Positions 8,229 through 19,500 of a stretch of DNA of 64,000 bases are shown one piece after another (positions within the stretch are counted from its first letter, which is position 1; every line of letters begins with the position of its first letter). Origin of the DNA: a virus. Lineage: Duplodnaviria > Caudoviricetes. Below the pieces are notes generated by a model. It was given only the letters and a program-made list of their open reading frames with translations, had not been told where the DNA came from and did no database searches. Where the stretch lies: the IMG/VR virus record IMGVR_UViG_2791355221_000001, positions 1-64,000 of that record, one strand, 5' to 3'. A program made the translations under genes and the position numbers.

Positions 8229-11200
8229 CTAGTAGAACTCTACTACTTCCCAAGCGAGGTTGCCGCTCCCTATATTTCCTGCCGCATTTCCGATTGCCAG
8301 TGTTGTCGGGCTAGTTAATACAGCCCTGTACGGGGCGTAAGTGTCAGACCTCATGCTACCGAAGTTATTGAAAGTAACGAACGACTTTGACATATTAACC
8401 GCTGAGATAGTCACCGTGGTATCTGCTGCTCCTGTGATTCCCCTTTGAACACCCTTAATGCCGCCTGCACCCTGCCATGTTGACCCGTTGTAAAATTCAA
8501 CATAACCGTTTGTTGTACGCATTCTGCCATCATCCCATAGCCTATTACCCGCATATTCTAAGATGCCTGTATCCAACAAACGCAAGGTTTTTCCCGATAC
8601 CTGATTGTGAATCCACAACCCATTTACAGCGCCCGATGATCCAATAGAATCGACGAACCCTTTGCGTGTTGTTCCTGCCGCGTTCCAAAATTCAACTCCG
8701 ATATCCAAGGGAGCATCTGCTCTAAATTTTATACTCCCTGTCATGTCCCCACCAGTTATAGGTAAAGCCGCGTCAGCCGTCGCTTTTGCGGCATCAACCA
8801 TTTGCTTAGTAGCAGCACCAAGAGCGGTCGTTGGATTCGCGGAAAGAATAACATCTCCTGTAAACTTTGGATTGTTGATGGGGGCTTTTAAAGCATCAGA
8901 AGTCATTACGTCATATATCTTTCTAGCAACGATCTCATTGGCGCTAATCCTTGCATCTGCGTCAGCTTGATTTATTGCTAATTGGTCGACAACGGTTTTT
9001 AAGTTGCTTGCCACCTCACCGTTTACCACTTGTACTGGAGCAGATAATAGATACTGGTCAAGGGCTGTGTATGAGACTTCATAGGTTGCAGTGGGGTCAA
9101 AATTTGGAGTAGGAATACGCATTGTGTACTTGCCGTTTGAATAGGCGTCAGAAAATATAATCCACTGATCATCCCGTTTACCATTTTTGTATATAGAAAG
9201 TACTTTATCAACCCTATTTTTAAGCTTTGAACTACCAATATCGCCAGCATTTATATAGGAATTACCGTTTACATGTACATAAGGATTAGCCTTCTCGCGA
9301 ACAACACCCCCTTGCCCTACTTCTATCTGATTCAATCCCTCATGCAGACTCATTCCTGCATCTACTTGGATTTCTTCAAATGTTGGTGTAGCTAGTTGAT
9401 ATGATAGTTTGTAAGGTTTCCAAGTAGTAAAACTAGAAGCGTAAGTAATAGGGAGTGTTGCTACTGCATTTGTCGATCCTGAAATAGCAAGCCAAACCCT
9501 ACCACCAACACCGTCATATTTTGCACCCCAATCAGTGTCCTTCGCCATTCTCCAACCATAGAAATACGCTTGTATCTCTGCTGTTGATGGTGTATATGTC
9601 TCACCCCAACCGCTGTCTGTGTCGGCAATAGATATGAGAATCTTACCAGTAGCTGCATGACCATTGTCGTATAAAACCGCGTAATCGGAAGTAGTCGCTG
9701 CCCCGTTATCGGATTTAAGAATCTTTCCATCGTATTTAACAACATTATAAATATCATTAGTGTATCCATTGGGTTTATTTACAGAGCCAATTGTTATATT
9801 TATTCCCTTGTATCCTGTGAAATCAGCGCCAAAAGCCGCCGCCAAACTACCATCAAGCACCGTGTCCTTGAAACGCTTCTCAACAAAGTATTTCCCATCA
9901 CGCTTGAACAACGTGTCATATACTGTACCATCCACGGATGACGCCAGTTGTACGTTAGGGAATGCAAGCATATCGTCGTTACGTGGTTTGAATGACTTGG
10001 CTGTTGAACCAAGGTTAAGCATCGGGTTAGAGAACGTGTACGTGCCTATTGTCGCTGTATTTTGTAGCACGACACGTATACTCTTTGTTCCGATGGGTGT
10101 TGTAAAATTAAGTGCATAACTTACGCTAATAACACTATTATTTACGTCCAGAAAATCAAATTGCGCATATGTGTTTGTTGGGAGAGTTCCTGAATACGTA
10201 TAAGTTGTATTTTCTAAACTCGGTATTATGACTGTCGATGATTGATTACCAGCCGTTCCGTTTAGCGTTAACTTGTAAGGTTCGATAGCCACCGCATTAG
10301 CATGTAATGCCCACTCATTAAACGGTGGTATCAAGTTTTCACCATATTTAATTACATAAGGTGCATTAACATGTTTTACATCATCTACGTATGGATATTT
10401 AGCGGCTATGTATGCCTGAGCCGCTACTACAGTCATGGCGTCGATAGCTATTTTCTCAGCTGCTGTGATTTCGTATAACCTAACGCCGTCCATAGCAGCT
10501 TTTTTCCCTGTCGTTCCTGCGATATTAAGGAAAGCATAAACAGATGTTTCAGAACCCAAGTCAGCAGGGGCTAAAGTAGTGTAGCACAATGAAAAACTTA
10601 CCGTAGGGACACCGTTGGCTGTTTTAATTGTTGTGTTATTACTGCCTTTTGTTACAAGTAGTGATACATTAGTAGCATCAATATTTCTAATATCAGCCGC
10701 CATTAAATAGTACTTAGTGTTGTTTACCGCTTTGGGCTGTGAAATGTAAATGGCACCTGTAGCACTTGTTAATGTTGCCACAATGCTATTTGCTCCTACG
10801 GTTTTATTTATGGAATCAAAAGCGAGTGTTACTGTAGCAGTTGTCCATTTACTTAAATCCTCACAATTACCATCACGCCCTAGTAAGTTAACGAGTGTAT
10901 TTCCCACGATATTCAGAACATTATATGGACTTGTCTTTGAGGCTGAAACGACTTGTTGCCCATTAACCAGATTCATAGATGTAGCAGTAGGATTAGCAAA
11001 CACTTGATCATAATAATTTTCAAATTCAACAATCCATTTTGACCCATCTGAAACCAAAGTTATATCTGCGTACTGATTTGCTAAGGTTTTTGAGGATATC
11101 CCATCAATTGTCTGTGAAGATGTTGTAACAATGTTTACTACTCCTAGACCACTATCTGCTTTTTTAATTGTGAAAAGAATTTGAGAAGTCACAGCCGATG

Positions 11201-12530
11201 GTAAAGTAATTGTTTTATTAGTTGCACCTGTTGTTACATTTACGATTCCACTTTGAGCATATGTTAGTGCTGTATCAGCAGAAATATTAATGGATTGATT
11301 TCCAATATTGGTTAAGTTTCCGTTTGCATCACGTTTAGCAATTTTATTAGAACCATTACCTGTATTAATTGATAAATCAGGCGTTTGTGCTGTTCCACCA
11401 ACAACCACATCATTATTCGTTGAAACAATTGTGGCAACCGTACCTGCACCATTAGCTCCTGCTGCAGCAATCATTAGCCAATAGGTAGTATTAGTTGGCA
11501 CATTTCCTGTCGTAGCTACAATACATTGATAAGTGCTACCGTTATAAGTAACTTTATTTAAGGGAACATACGATTTAGTATTGTTATAAGCTTCAATAGC
11601 AATGTAAGCAGCAAAACCGCTTTGCCTTGTTGTCTCATTTGTCTGTCGCGTAGTTTCTTGAGTTTGTCTTGTTGACTCAGACGATACTCGAGTACTCTCA
11701 GCACTGGCACGAGCACCCTCAGCGGTTACCCTTCCAGTTTCAGCAGTCACTCTAGATGATTCTGCTGTTACACGACCACTTTCTGCATTGACTACATTGG
11801 TGTTAGTTGTATTAACTGTAGTAACTGCACTTTGTACACTTACAAGAAGTTGCCATTTAGTAGTATCAGTTAGTGGGTTATTGAGATTGGATTCAATTAA
11901 TGATTGATAAACATTTTGATTAATTGAATCAACTACAACATCATTTATAGAGTAAGATGTAGATGTAGAATATGTACCCCTGTTACTGCTACCTGCAATT
12001 TTTGTCCAATATGTAGTGTTTGTTGGTACGTTGCCAGATGATGACGTTTTTGCTGTATACATATAAGTTGAGCCATTGTATGAAACAATGTTAAAGGTTG
12101 AATAAACAGTTGAAGGATTGTAAACTCCTTTAGAGACAAAATTTGATGCTGACTGAATAATTTCGTTCAAAGTCTGTGTGACCGAACCGTTGTTTAAAGA
12201 AGAGCTAATATAGATACGTGAATCAGGAATAAGGACTACTCCTGCTCCGTAATAATTTACAACAAGCGTCTTTCCTTCTTCTGTGGAGCTAAAAGATATA
12301 ATACCTGTTGGGTAATCAACAAGGAATTGATTCGATTCCAAAGTATGGGATGTTTTGTTGATAACTTCAAAATAACTTGCAATCTGAACTCGATTAAGCT
12401 GAACAGGAATCTCATCTAACAAAATGTTACCGTTAATGATTTTATGACTTTCTGATTTTACTATAAAGGGATCATCACTTTTCCCACTTCTTCGCTCGTA
12501 AATCAGCGGATTATCATATTTCAATGACAT
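8229..12530 (-). CDS. Long tail fibre / receptor-binding protein
   Basis: Three Y...Y....V.YNGSTY-type carbohydrate-binding-like repeats, AE..RVT heptad repeats, GENLIPPFNEW and KAPINNPKFTG fibre motifs. Confidence 0.85.
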   Translation of the reverse strand: MSLKYDNPLIYERRSGKSDDPFIVKSESHKIINGNILLDEIPVQLNRVQIASYFEVINKTSHTLESNQFLVDYPTGIISFSSTEEGKTLVVNYYGAGVVLIPDSRIYISSSLNNGSVTQTLNEIIQSASNFVSKGVYNPSTVYSTFNIVSYNGSTYMYTAKTSSSGNVPTNTTYWTKIAGSSNRGTYSTSTSYSINDVVVDSINQNVYQSLIESNLNNPLTDTTKWQLLVSVQSAVTTVNTTNTNVVNAESGRVTAESSRVTAETGRVTAEGARASAESTRVSSESTRQTQETTRQTNETTRQSGFAAYIAIEAYNNTKSYVPLNKVTYNGSTYQCIVATTGNVPTNTTYWLMIAAAGANGAGTVATIVSTNNDVVVGGTAQTPDLSINTGNGSNKIAKRDANGNLTNIGNQSINISADTALTYAQSGIVNVTTGATNKTITLPSAVTSQILFTIKKADSGLGVVNIVTTSSQTIDGISSKTLANQYADITLVSDGSKWIVEFENYYDQVFANPTATSMNLVNGQQVVSASKTSPYNVLNIVGNTLVNLLGRDGNCEDLSKWTTATVTLAFDSINKTVGANSIVATLTSATGAIYISQPKAVNNTKYYLMAADIRNIDATNVSLLVTKGSNNTTIKTANGVPTVSFSLCYTTLAPADLGSETSVYAFLNIAGTTGKKAAMDGVRLYEITAAEKIAIDAMTVVAAQAYIAAKYPYVDDVKHVNAPYVIKYGENLIPPFNEWALHANAVAIEPYKLTLNGTAGNQSSTVIIPSLENTTYTYSGTLPTNTYAQFDFLDVNNSVISVSYALNFTTPIGTKSIRVVLQNTATIGTYTFSNPMLNLGSTAKSFKPRNDDMLAFPNVQLASSVDGTVYDTLFKRDGKYFVEKRFKDTVLDGSLAAAFGADFTGYKGINITIGSVNKPNGYTNDIYNVVKYDGKILKSDNGAATTSDYAVLYDNGHAATGKILISIADTDSGWGETYTPSTAEIQAYFYGWRMAKDTDWGAKYDGVGGRVWLAISGSTNAVATLPITYASSFTTWKPYKLSYQLATPTFEEIQVDAGMSLHEGLNQIEVGQGGVVREKANPYVHVNGNSYINAGDIGSSKLKNRVDKVLSIYKNGKRDDQWIIFSDAYSNGKYTMRIPTPNFDPTATYEVSYTALDQYLLSAPVQVVNGEVASNLKTVVDQLAINQADADARISANEIVARKIYDVMTSDALKAPINNPKFTGDVILSANPTTALGAATKQMVDAAKATADAALPITGGDMTGSIKFRADAPLDIGVEFWNAAGTTRKGFVDSIGSSGAVNGLWIHNQVSGKTLRLLDTGILEYAGNRLWDDGRMRTTNGYVEFYNGSTWQGAGGIKGVQRGITGAADTTVTISAVNMSKSFVTFNNFGSMRSDTYAPYRAVLTSPTTLAIGNAAGNIGSGNLAWEVVEFY

Positions 12531-12609
12531 TTATTCATGCCTCCCTTTTTCTTGTAAAACTAAAAAAGCCACTCAAAGTTGAGTGACCTTAGACAAATAA
12601 TTTTAACTA

Positions 12610-13110
12610 CTACTTCTTTTCCAATTCAGCTTTCTTTGCCTCAAACTTAGTAAGTTCAGCGTTAAGTCGTTCTAGTTCTGCTTTGGCTGCTGTTACTTCA
12701 GAATCTGATTTAAAACTTCTTGGATCAACAATAGCTTCCTGAAATGCAATCGATCCTTTTAAAAATGAAATTTGACTATTTGTATACTCTAAACCGTTTT
12801 GATAATCAATAACTGCTTGCTCTTCTTTAGTTATTGGAGTCTTCACAACTGCTTCTTTATCTAACATAATTTTTCTCTCATTTCCGTTAAATGTTACTTT
12901 GTAACCAGTTGAGTCAGCATAATTTCGTACAGGTAAATAGCTGACATCATTTACAATGATAGCTGAATTTTCTAAAGGTTTTTTATCAACATATACTTGC
13001 ATTTCACCTTTGACTTCTAAGCCGATGAGACTCTTGAACTCATCAGCAAATGCAGACGCAGATAGAGTTAACGCTATTCCGAAAAACGCACCAATTATAT
13101 ATTTTCTCAT
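12610..13110 (-). CDS. Secreted moron protein with copper-amine-oxidase N-terminal (stalk)-like domain
   Basis: Signal peptide ending ASAFA; SYLPVR....TGYKVTF motif; own promoter and a terminator at ~12562-12590. Confidence 0.7.
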   Translation of the reverse strand: MRKYIIGAFFGIALTLSASAFADEFKSLIGLEVKGEMQVYVDKKPLENSAIIVNDVSYLPVRNYADSTGYKVTFNGNERKIMLDKEAVVKTPITKEEQAVIDYQNGLEYTNSQISFLKGSIAFQEAIVDPRSFKSDSEVTAAKAELERLNAELTKFEAKKAELEKK

Positions 13111-13145
13111 TTGAAACGCTCCTTTTATAAGACTTTATGCTTCAA

Positions 13146-13175
13146 ATTATAGCATCATTTTCCATAAAAGGCACA
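13146..13175 (-). promoter_or_regulatory. SigA-type extended -10 promoter for the moron
   Basis: TGCTATAAT on the minus strand ~36 bp upstream of the ATG. Confidence 0.6.
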
Positions 13176-13177
13176 TA

Positions 13178-15649
13178 TTAAATTGGCGGTCTTGCTTCTA
13201 ATGCTGCAAGTCGCGAGTTAATTATTCCTAATTCAGTAGCTAGTGTCCTACCTCCACCTGATGAACCAGAAGAGGCAAACAGATTAGACCAGCTTGGGAA
13301 ATTTGTTATTGATGAAATATCTATCCCAGAACTAGCTTGTAAAGTCATCTTTCCAAAGGAAGCCAGCATCAGACCAAAGCTTGATACATACTTTATAGAT
13401 GCCATTACACTTCCACTATCTAAAAAGTTAATTGCAGGTGCACCTGAAGCATAAGGATCAAAACTTAAATAATTGCTTGCATCTCTCATAACATTAATTA
13501 GATTTCCGCTAGACTTTAACTCAACTCTTGGAAATGAAAAATTAGATGTCCTAATGTCTGATCCAACGATCTGACTACCAAAAATGCTTCCACCTGACAA
13601 AGTACCAGTGACAGTCAAATTCCCCAATGTACCGCCTGTTGCGTTTATAGTTCCTGTTATGTTAGCTGAGTTTGAAAATAAATTCCCCTGCATGTCAACA
13701 CGAAAAGGGGCGCTGGAGAATGTAGAATTACCAAGTGAAATACCACTCTGATTCATCTTGAATACATTGTTACCAGTTCCAATCGTAGCATTGATTCCAA
13801 ATAATTCTCCAACACGAATTGAAGTTGCATTGATTCCATTTGGAGTGATACTGTTTTGCCAATTAAGTCCGCTATCATTTGAGATCGCAAGTGTAGCATG
13901 ATTCAAAATTAGCATATTATTACTGTCTGTTGGAGATGTCATAATAATTCCTCGATGACTTATCTCTATTGTTTCATCATAACCACCCTTAACTGGAACT
14001 GTGCTGGAATCCCACGGATTGCTGAGTTTAATATTAACAGCATCTACATTCACTCGGGCATCACGCCACCCGTACTTTTCTGTCGTTAAAGTGTTAGCAG
14101 CAGAAATACTACCATACAACTTCTTAAGAAGCTGGGTGTCTTCATCCTTAAACTCCTGAACATTAGAAATCGTCACTTTAATAGTATCCGATTCATAATT
14201 CTGTTCCAATTGAATAATCGTTGCCTTAATATTGATATCTAACTTTTCAACGTATACTTTAATCTGTGCTCCAAGTCGAACTTTTGGCCACATCTTCTGT
14301 TCAGTTATTACGCTGAATAAGTCTACAATATCAATCTCGAGTAATATTTTGGGCTCACGAATCTTATCAAATTCAGCTGTTGCTAACTTCAATAGTTCAG
14401 TCTCATTGTCTACTAGATCATTTGTGTATGTACGCTCATTAATGTACCCGCCTCGTTGCCATTCATTTACTTGTGCTTGAGTAAAATTGTTTGCAATTGA
14501 TAATGAATTTTTCAACGTAAGAATATTGGAATCTACAGCATTAATACTTGACTTTGTAGTTGCAATTAGACTATTTTGAGCAGCAATTTGAGCTTCTTTA
14601 GCTGCCTTATTAGCGATAATAGTTGAGTTATTTTGGCTATTAGCATTTGCGACAACCAATTGATCGTTGATGATGGCTAATTCATTCTTATATCCATATA
14701 GGACATTTTCTTGTGATGTTTTAGTTGCTTGTAATGCTACTTTCTGAGCCAAGTATCCTTGCAAAGTTCCAGAAGCAGCAACACTTTTCTTTTGATAAGC
14801 AACTAGTGCTGAAGCTAATGAATCACTCATGTAATAGCTTGACTTCGTTACATTGCCATTGACATCCTGAGTGAACGGGAATAAGTAAAAACTATAATTC
14901 TCCAAATAGTTTGATCCTGCTGCTGTTATTCCACTTAAAGTTAATCCGTCTTTCCCAAATACCTTAAGTCGTGTGCAGAACTCGGACATATCCTCAGTCT
15001 TATTTGCGTTCTTCAGCAATCTACCAAAACTCACATTTAATCCTTCATACGGTGCAACAACATCAATTTTTGTGAAGGATATTGTCTGATTTATGCTATT
15101 GAATACAACGAGTGCATTAAATGTTTCAGCAACCTTAAACACTGTACCTAAGACCGTATCATCATCAACTGTTGGAGACCTCCGCATCTGATTAAACGAA
15201 GAATCTACAGAGCCAACTGACCATCCAGTTCCAACAAGTATGTCTGTTAATATCTCTGTGGCTGTTTTTGATATTTCACTGTAGCCGCGGATATTACGCC
15301 ATGACAATTGCATTGCTAATGATTCACAAGTGACTTCCTTGTAGTCTTCATTATCCGTCATGATATCTGAGATTTGAGTGATTACATAATACTCGAATTC
15401 AGTCTTCTTTTGAATCTTAATTAGTAAACGTTCTTTAATTAAATCAGCGTTCTTATTCCTAACTAGCTTATGTTGAATCTCCAAGTTGTAAGGAATACGG
15501 AAACTGAGATTATTGATATTCCCTAATTTGGTTACTTGATTGATCTCATATGCCTCTTTGAGAATTGAAAGAGTTTTCTTTAAAGGATCACAAAGGGATA
15601 TTCGCGGCCTATATTCATTGACTCTTGTATAGTCTATTTCTTGTAACAT
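13178..15649 (-). CDS. Baseplate hub / Tal-like tail protein
   Basis: FCTRLKVFGKDGL, YLENYSFY motifs, coiled coil and glycine-rich beta region; follows Dit. Confidence 0.8.
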   Translation of the reverse strand: MLQEIDYTRVNEYRPRISLCDPLKKTLSILKEAYEINQVTKLGNINNLSFRIPYNLEIQHKLVRNKNADLIKERLLIKIQKKTEFEYYVITQISDIMTDNEDYKEVTCESLAMQLSWRNIRGYSEISKTATEILTDILVGTGWSVGSVDSSFNQMRRSPTVDDDTVLGTVFKVAETFNALVVFNSINQTISFTKIDVVAPYEGLNVSFGRLLKNANKTEDMSEFCTRLKVFGKDGLTLSGITAAGSNYLENYSFYLFPFTQDVNGNVTKSSYYMSDSLASALVAYQKKSVAASGTLQGYLAQKVALQATKTSQENVLYGYKNELAIINDQLVVANANSQNNSTIIANKAAKEAQIAAQNSLIATTKSSINAVDSNILTLKNSLSIANNFTQAQVNEWQRGGYINERTYTNDLVDNETELLKLATAEFDKIREPKILLEIDIVDLFSVITEQKMWPKVRLGAQIKVYVEKLDINIKATIIQLEQNYESDTIKVTISNVQEFKDEDTQLLKKLYGSISAANTLTTEKYGWRDARVNVDAVNIKLSNPWDSSTVPVKGGYDETIEISHRGIIMTSPTDSNNMLILNHATLAISNDSGLNWQNSITPNGINATSIRVGELFGINATIGTGNNVFKMNQSGISLGNSTFSSAPFRVDMQGNLFSNSANITGTINATGGTLGNLTVTGTLSGGSIFGSQIVGSDIRTSNFSFPRVELKSSGNLINVMRDASNYLSFDPYASGAPAINFLDSGSVMASIKYVSSFGLMLASFGKMTLQASSGIDISSITNFPSWSNLFASSGSSGGGRTLATELGIINSRLAALEARPPI

Positions 15650-15659
15650 TTTAAGACTC

Positions 15660-16451
15660 CTAACCTACATTAAATTTATGCTCATAATTCCAACAGACCT
15701 GTACATTCCCAGTAATATTGAGATAGTTTGCGCCTGTAGGAAATGTGAAGAAAACGCTGTTAGTCGTCATATTGTCGTATCTTAAACTTTCAGTTGAGCT
15801 TTCAATGACTTCATTCTCACAATTAATTTTTAATATTTCTCCTACAGATAATCCTGTAAATGAAAGTACTTTACTAGTCCCGTTACTATAGTTTGTAATT
15901 GCAAATGAGCTGCCACTGACAATTTGTACTTCAATGATAGGAGAACAAGACACATCACCTAAGTTTTGAAATGTATACTTTGTTCCTTCAGGAATGTTTG
16001 TCGAGCAATCAACAATATCAGAGTAAATACTTGAATATGCGTATGCATCATTACAATGAGCTTTTAATGTTACATATCCATGATTAGCTGCATTTGTAAC
16101 CAATTCAGGTGTATCAACAAACATCACATAATATATTTGTTTCAAATCTTCTCCCGTACCATCATAAAATTGAAGAGGTGCGTAGAAGTCCGTTGTTAGC
16201 CATCTTGAAACTGATCGTAATTCGTCAGATGTGAACGCATTGGAGAATGCAAAAGTTACTGTGAACTCTAATGGTGATCTCTGCACCCCTTGAAAATATC
16301 GTTTACTATTTCCTCGTATTTCAACTTCCTTGATGGTTGTACTTGCTCCAAATGGCTCAGATTGCATACCAGTGGACAGATTGACACTAATAATTCCATA
16401 CGCGTCATTCGATTCACCATTAAAAGTAAAGTTTTTAGATTGCCTAATCAT
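15660..16451 (-). CDS. Distal tail protein (Dit)
   Basis: FTFNG.S...YG, NLGDV...P, GANYL.ITG; directly after the tape measure gene. Confidence 0.8.
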   Translation of the reverse strand: MIRQSKNFTFNGESNDAYGIISVNLSTGMQSEPFGASTTIKEVEIRGNSKRYFQGVQRSPLEFTVTFAFSNAFTSDELRSVSRWLTTDFYAPLQFYDGTGEDLKQIYYVMFVDTPELVTNAANHGYVTLKAHCNDAYAYSSIYSDIVDCSTNIPEGTKYTFQNLGDVSCSPIIEVQIVSGSSFAITNYSNGTSKVLSFTGLSVGEILKINCENEVIESSTESLRYDNMTTNSVFFTFPTGANYLNITGNVQVCWNYEHKFNVG

Positions 16452-16521
16452 TATTTGTTCCCACCACCTAACATAAAAAAAGAGCCAGACACTTAAGTAC
16501 CTGACCCGTTGATAGTTCTGC

Positions 16522-19500
16522 TTATTGCAAGCCTAGCTGTTTCATTCCTTTAGATAAACGATTTAATGCATAATCCACTTCTTGTTTATTGCCATTCAGC
16601 GAAGCGATGTTTAGAGATAAGTTATAAGTAGGACTAGAGTTTCCAGATGCATCTTTACCACCAAGCATATTAGCGATATTGCTCAACGCATTCTGTCCTA
16701 ACTGAGTGATAAACTTGATAGGATCATTCAATACAACTTCAGACTTTTTCAAGATAGATGGCATCTCATCACTATTTAAAAATTTGCTCATCCAACTTTC
16801 TTGACTTGTGCCTTGAACTCCAACTTCTCCACCACCATGATACAAAGGGAGACCATTTTTATACCAAGTACCGTTACTGTAGGTAGCTCCAATTGATGAT
16901 CCCCACCCTTGATTAGATTGGTGCAGTTGTTTCTTTGTAGCCTCATCAGCAGAATCATATAATGAACTATTCTTTTTCATCATATCTCTGGCATTCTTTT
17001 CACTTTCTGAAGTAGGAGTGTAATATCCACTTGTTGGTTGATTACCTGAATTTCCGCTAGATCCAGAATTAGGAGTTTTCGCAAAATTATTTGAACTATC
17101 TCCACTTGGATTTCCACTATAAGCTTTCACCAAATTTATAGCATTTTGCAATTTATCTGTGATTCCACTTGTTAAAGCATCGCCTATCAAAGCGGAGATA
17201 CCAGCGATATTATTTTTGAAACCTTCCATTTTTCCTGTAATCTCATCGAAATGACCGCCAATGATATCACTTTGGAGCTTGCTAAATTTTGAAGTATCAC
17301 TAATGATATTTTGCCAATATAATTCAGCTGCTTTTTTCTGTGCGTCTAAGGAGTCTTTTGCAACCTTATATCTATCATCTTCAGCTTTCTTAGCAGCATC
17401 AACTTTTTTCTTTTCAGTCTCTAAAGCATCATCTAGACTATCTGTCCGTAATTTCTTAGTTCGGTCACTTTGCAGCTTTTGAATCTCATCTTGCTTATCA
17501 GCATATTGTTTCTCTAGTTCAGTAAGTTTTGACTTTCCCTCTAGAGAATCATCTAACTCATATTTGTTCTTTTTGGTTAAAAGGTCTTGAGCTTCTTTTT
17601 GAGCTTTAGCTAAAGAGGCATTAAAAGTATCAGTGTCATCGTCACGATTCATCGCCTTTTTAATATTGCTAATACTCTCTTCAAACTTCGTCAGTTCGTC
17701 ATCAAGGTTCTTTTTAACCAATTCATGCCGCTTATCTTCAGCTTCTTTAAGCCCTTCATAATAATCATTTGAAGCGTCTTTTATCTTATTGATAACATCT
17801 TTAAGGTTGTCGGCAAGTTTTTTGGAATTCGATTGCTGAAGGTCATCCAACTTTTTACGAGCATCAAAGACTTCCTTATCTGCTTTAAGTTGCTCGGATG
17901 TTGTTAGAGCAGTAATACCTCGTTCTTGTGTCCATCGTTCATCTGCCATACGTTTACGAGCATCCAATACCATCTGAGCAATCTCTATTTCAGATTTCCC
18001 TGCCATAGTCATACGGTCAGTTTCATCTTGAATCCACTTGTCTGAATGGGTCATTTGAGTCTTCTTTAAAGCGCTGTCAGCTTGAATGAGATTCTTATTT
18101 ATCTCTTCTTGTTGTTCAGATGTATACTCGCTTCGTTTATCACTTACACGTTTCCAAGCTTCATAGACCATTTGAGCAACTTCAACTTCTGATTTACCCA
18201 TGAGTTCCATTGTAGATTTCTCATTTGAAATCCAATCCTTAGAAAAGTTGAATAGAGACTCTTTAAGTTTTTTCTGAGACTGTTCAATATTAATTTCATA
18301 GTCCCACCAAGCGCTTGATAAACTTGCAAGATTAGTTTTAGCTTGATCAAGTTGTTGAAGCAATGCGTTTTGTTGCTTTTGGTCACTCGTTTTTGCAATT
18401 TGAGATTCAAGACTGGTGATATCAGCACGTAGACGAACACCTTCATTTTTCGTCGCTTCCTGTTTTTTTTGAGTGATACCAATTTGTTTAGTCAGTTCAT
18501 CACGATAGTCTTTAGATGTTTCATTGTAACGAGTCATGACTGATTCAGATTCTTTAAGTTGAGTATCTAAATCGCGTAACGAATTTTTATAGATATCAAT
18601 TTTATATTTCTGTGAGTCATCAAAAGGTGAAGGAGTTTCACTACCTGAGCCAATTCCTTTAGCTTTATTAACAATTCCCTGTTGAGCCCTGTAAATATTC
18701 TCATCAATACCATACAAATCTTCAGCATTGAGATCTTCAAACTGTCCTCTGATTTCTTGTAGCTTTGTAAGTTGTCCTTTTGCATCTTTATAGCCATCAG
18801 ATTCCATATTCACAAGATGCTGAAAGTCTTTCATTTTCTCATCAAACGAGTCTTTACGATCTTTATATTCTTTTGTGTCTCTTTTTGTTTTTCCCGATGC
18901 ACCAGCAAGAGGATCGCTTTTAGGATCTAAAATAATTTGGGTTGATTGTGCTGACAATTCGTCTAATCTTGTTTGGCTATCCTCTAACTTTTTTTGTAAG
19001 TCGTTAGATTCTTTTTGCATTGCCTGAAGTTTGTCGTTTTCTTTATAAGGGCTATTTGAAGCTTTTTCGAATGGATTCAGAGGTGTGATATTCTTGTGAT
19101 ACCATTTTTCAAAAGCACCTAACCCTCCAAATTGTATTGATTCTACTTTTTTTGCAGCTTTATAGGTTGGCGACTCTGCTTCTTGATCAGCTTTGGCTTT
19201 TTGAACTTTAATTTCTTCTTGGAGTGCCGCTATCCTTGTTTTAGCCTGAGTAATTTTTGATTGAGTCTCATCTTTGTCAATTTGAATGACCTTTAAAGTA
19301 CTAGTCATTGCTTCTTGTCTCTTGTCTGAGATAGCTTGAATTTCGATATCGACTGATTCTTTTGTTATACCCGCTGTTTTTATCCGTTGTTTGCCACTAT
19401 CGTCTACAGTCTCATTTAATGCTTGTTCAACTTTCTTAAGTTGCCCAGATATAGTTGCTTTTTGTTCTTCAGTTAAATTTTGATTTTTTAGTGCTTCTGT

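Noticed and set aside
7983-8450. Diversity-generating retroelement (TR/VR pair) at the fibre tip
   Set aside because: Differences involve all four bases and many are synonymous; both copies are ORFs; no reverse transcriptase in the window.
11630-11790. 21-bp periodic repeats (and the 9-bp collagen repeats at ~43530-43700) as CRISPR or VNTR elements
   Set aside because: They are degenerate coding repeats with no unique spacers and no cas genes.
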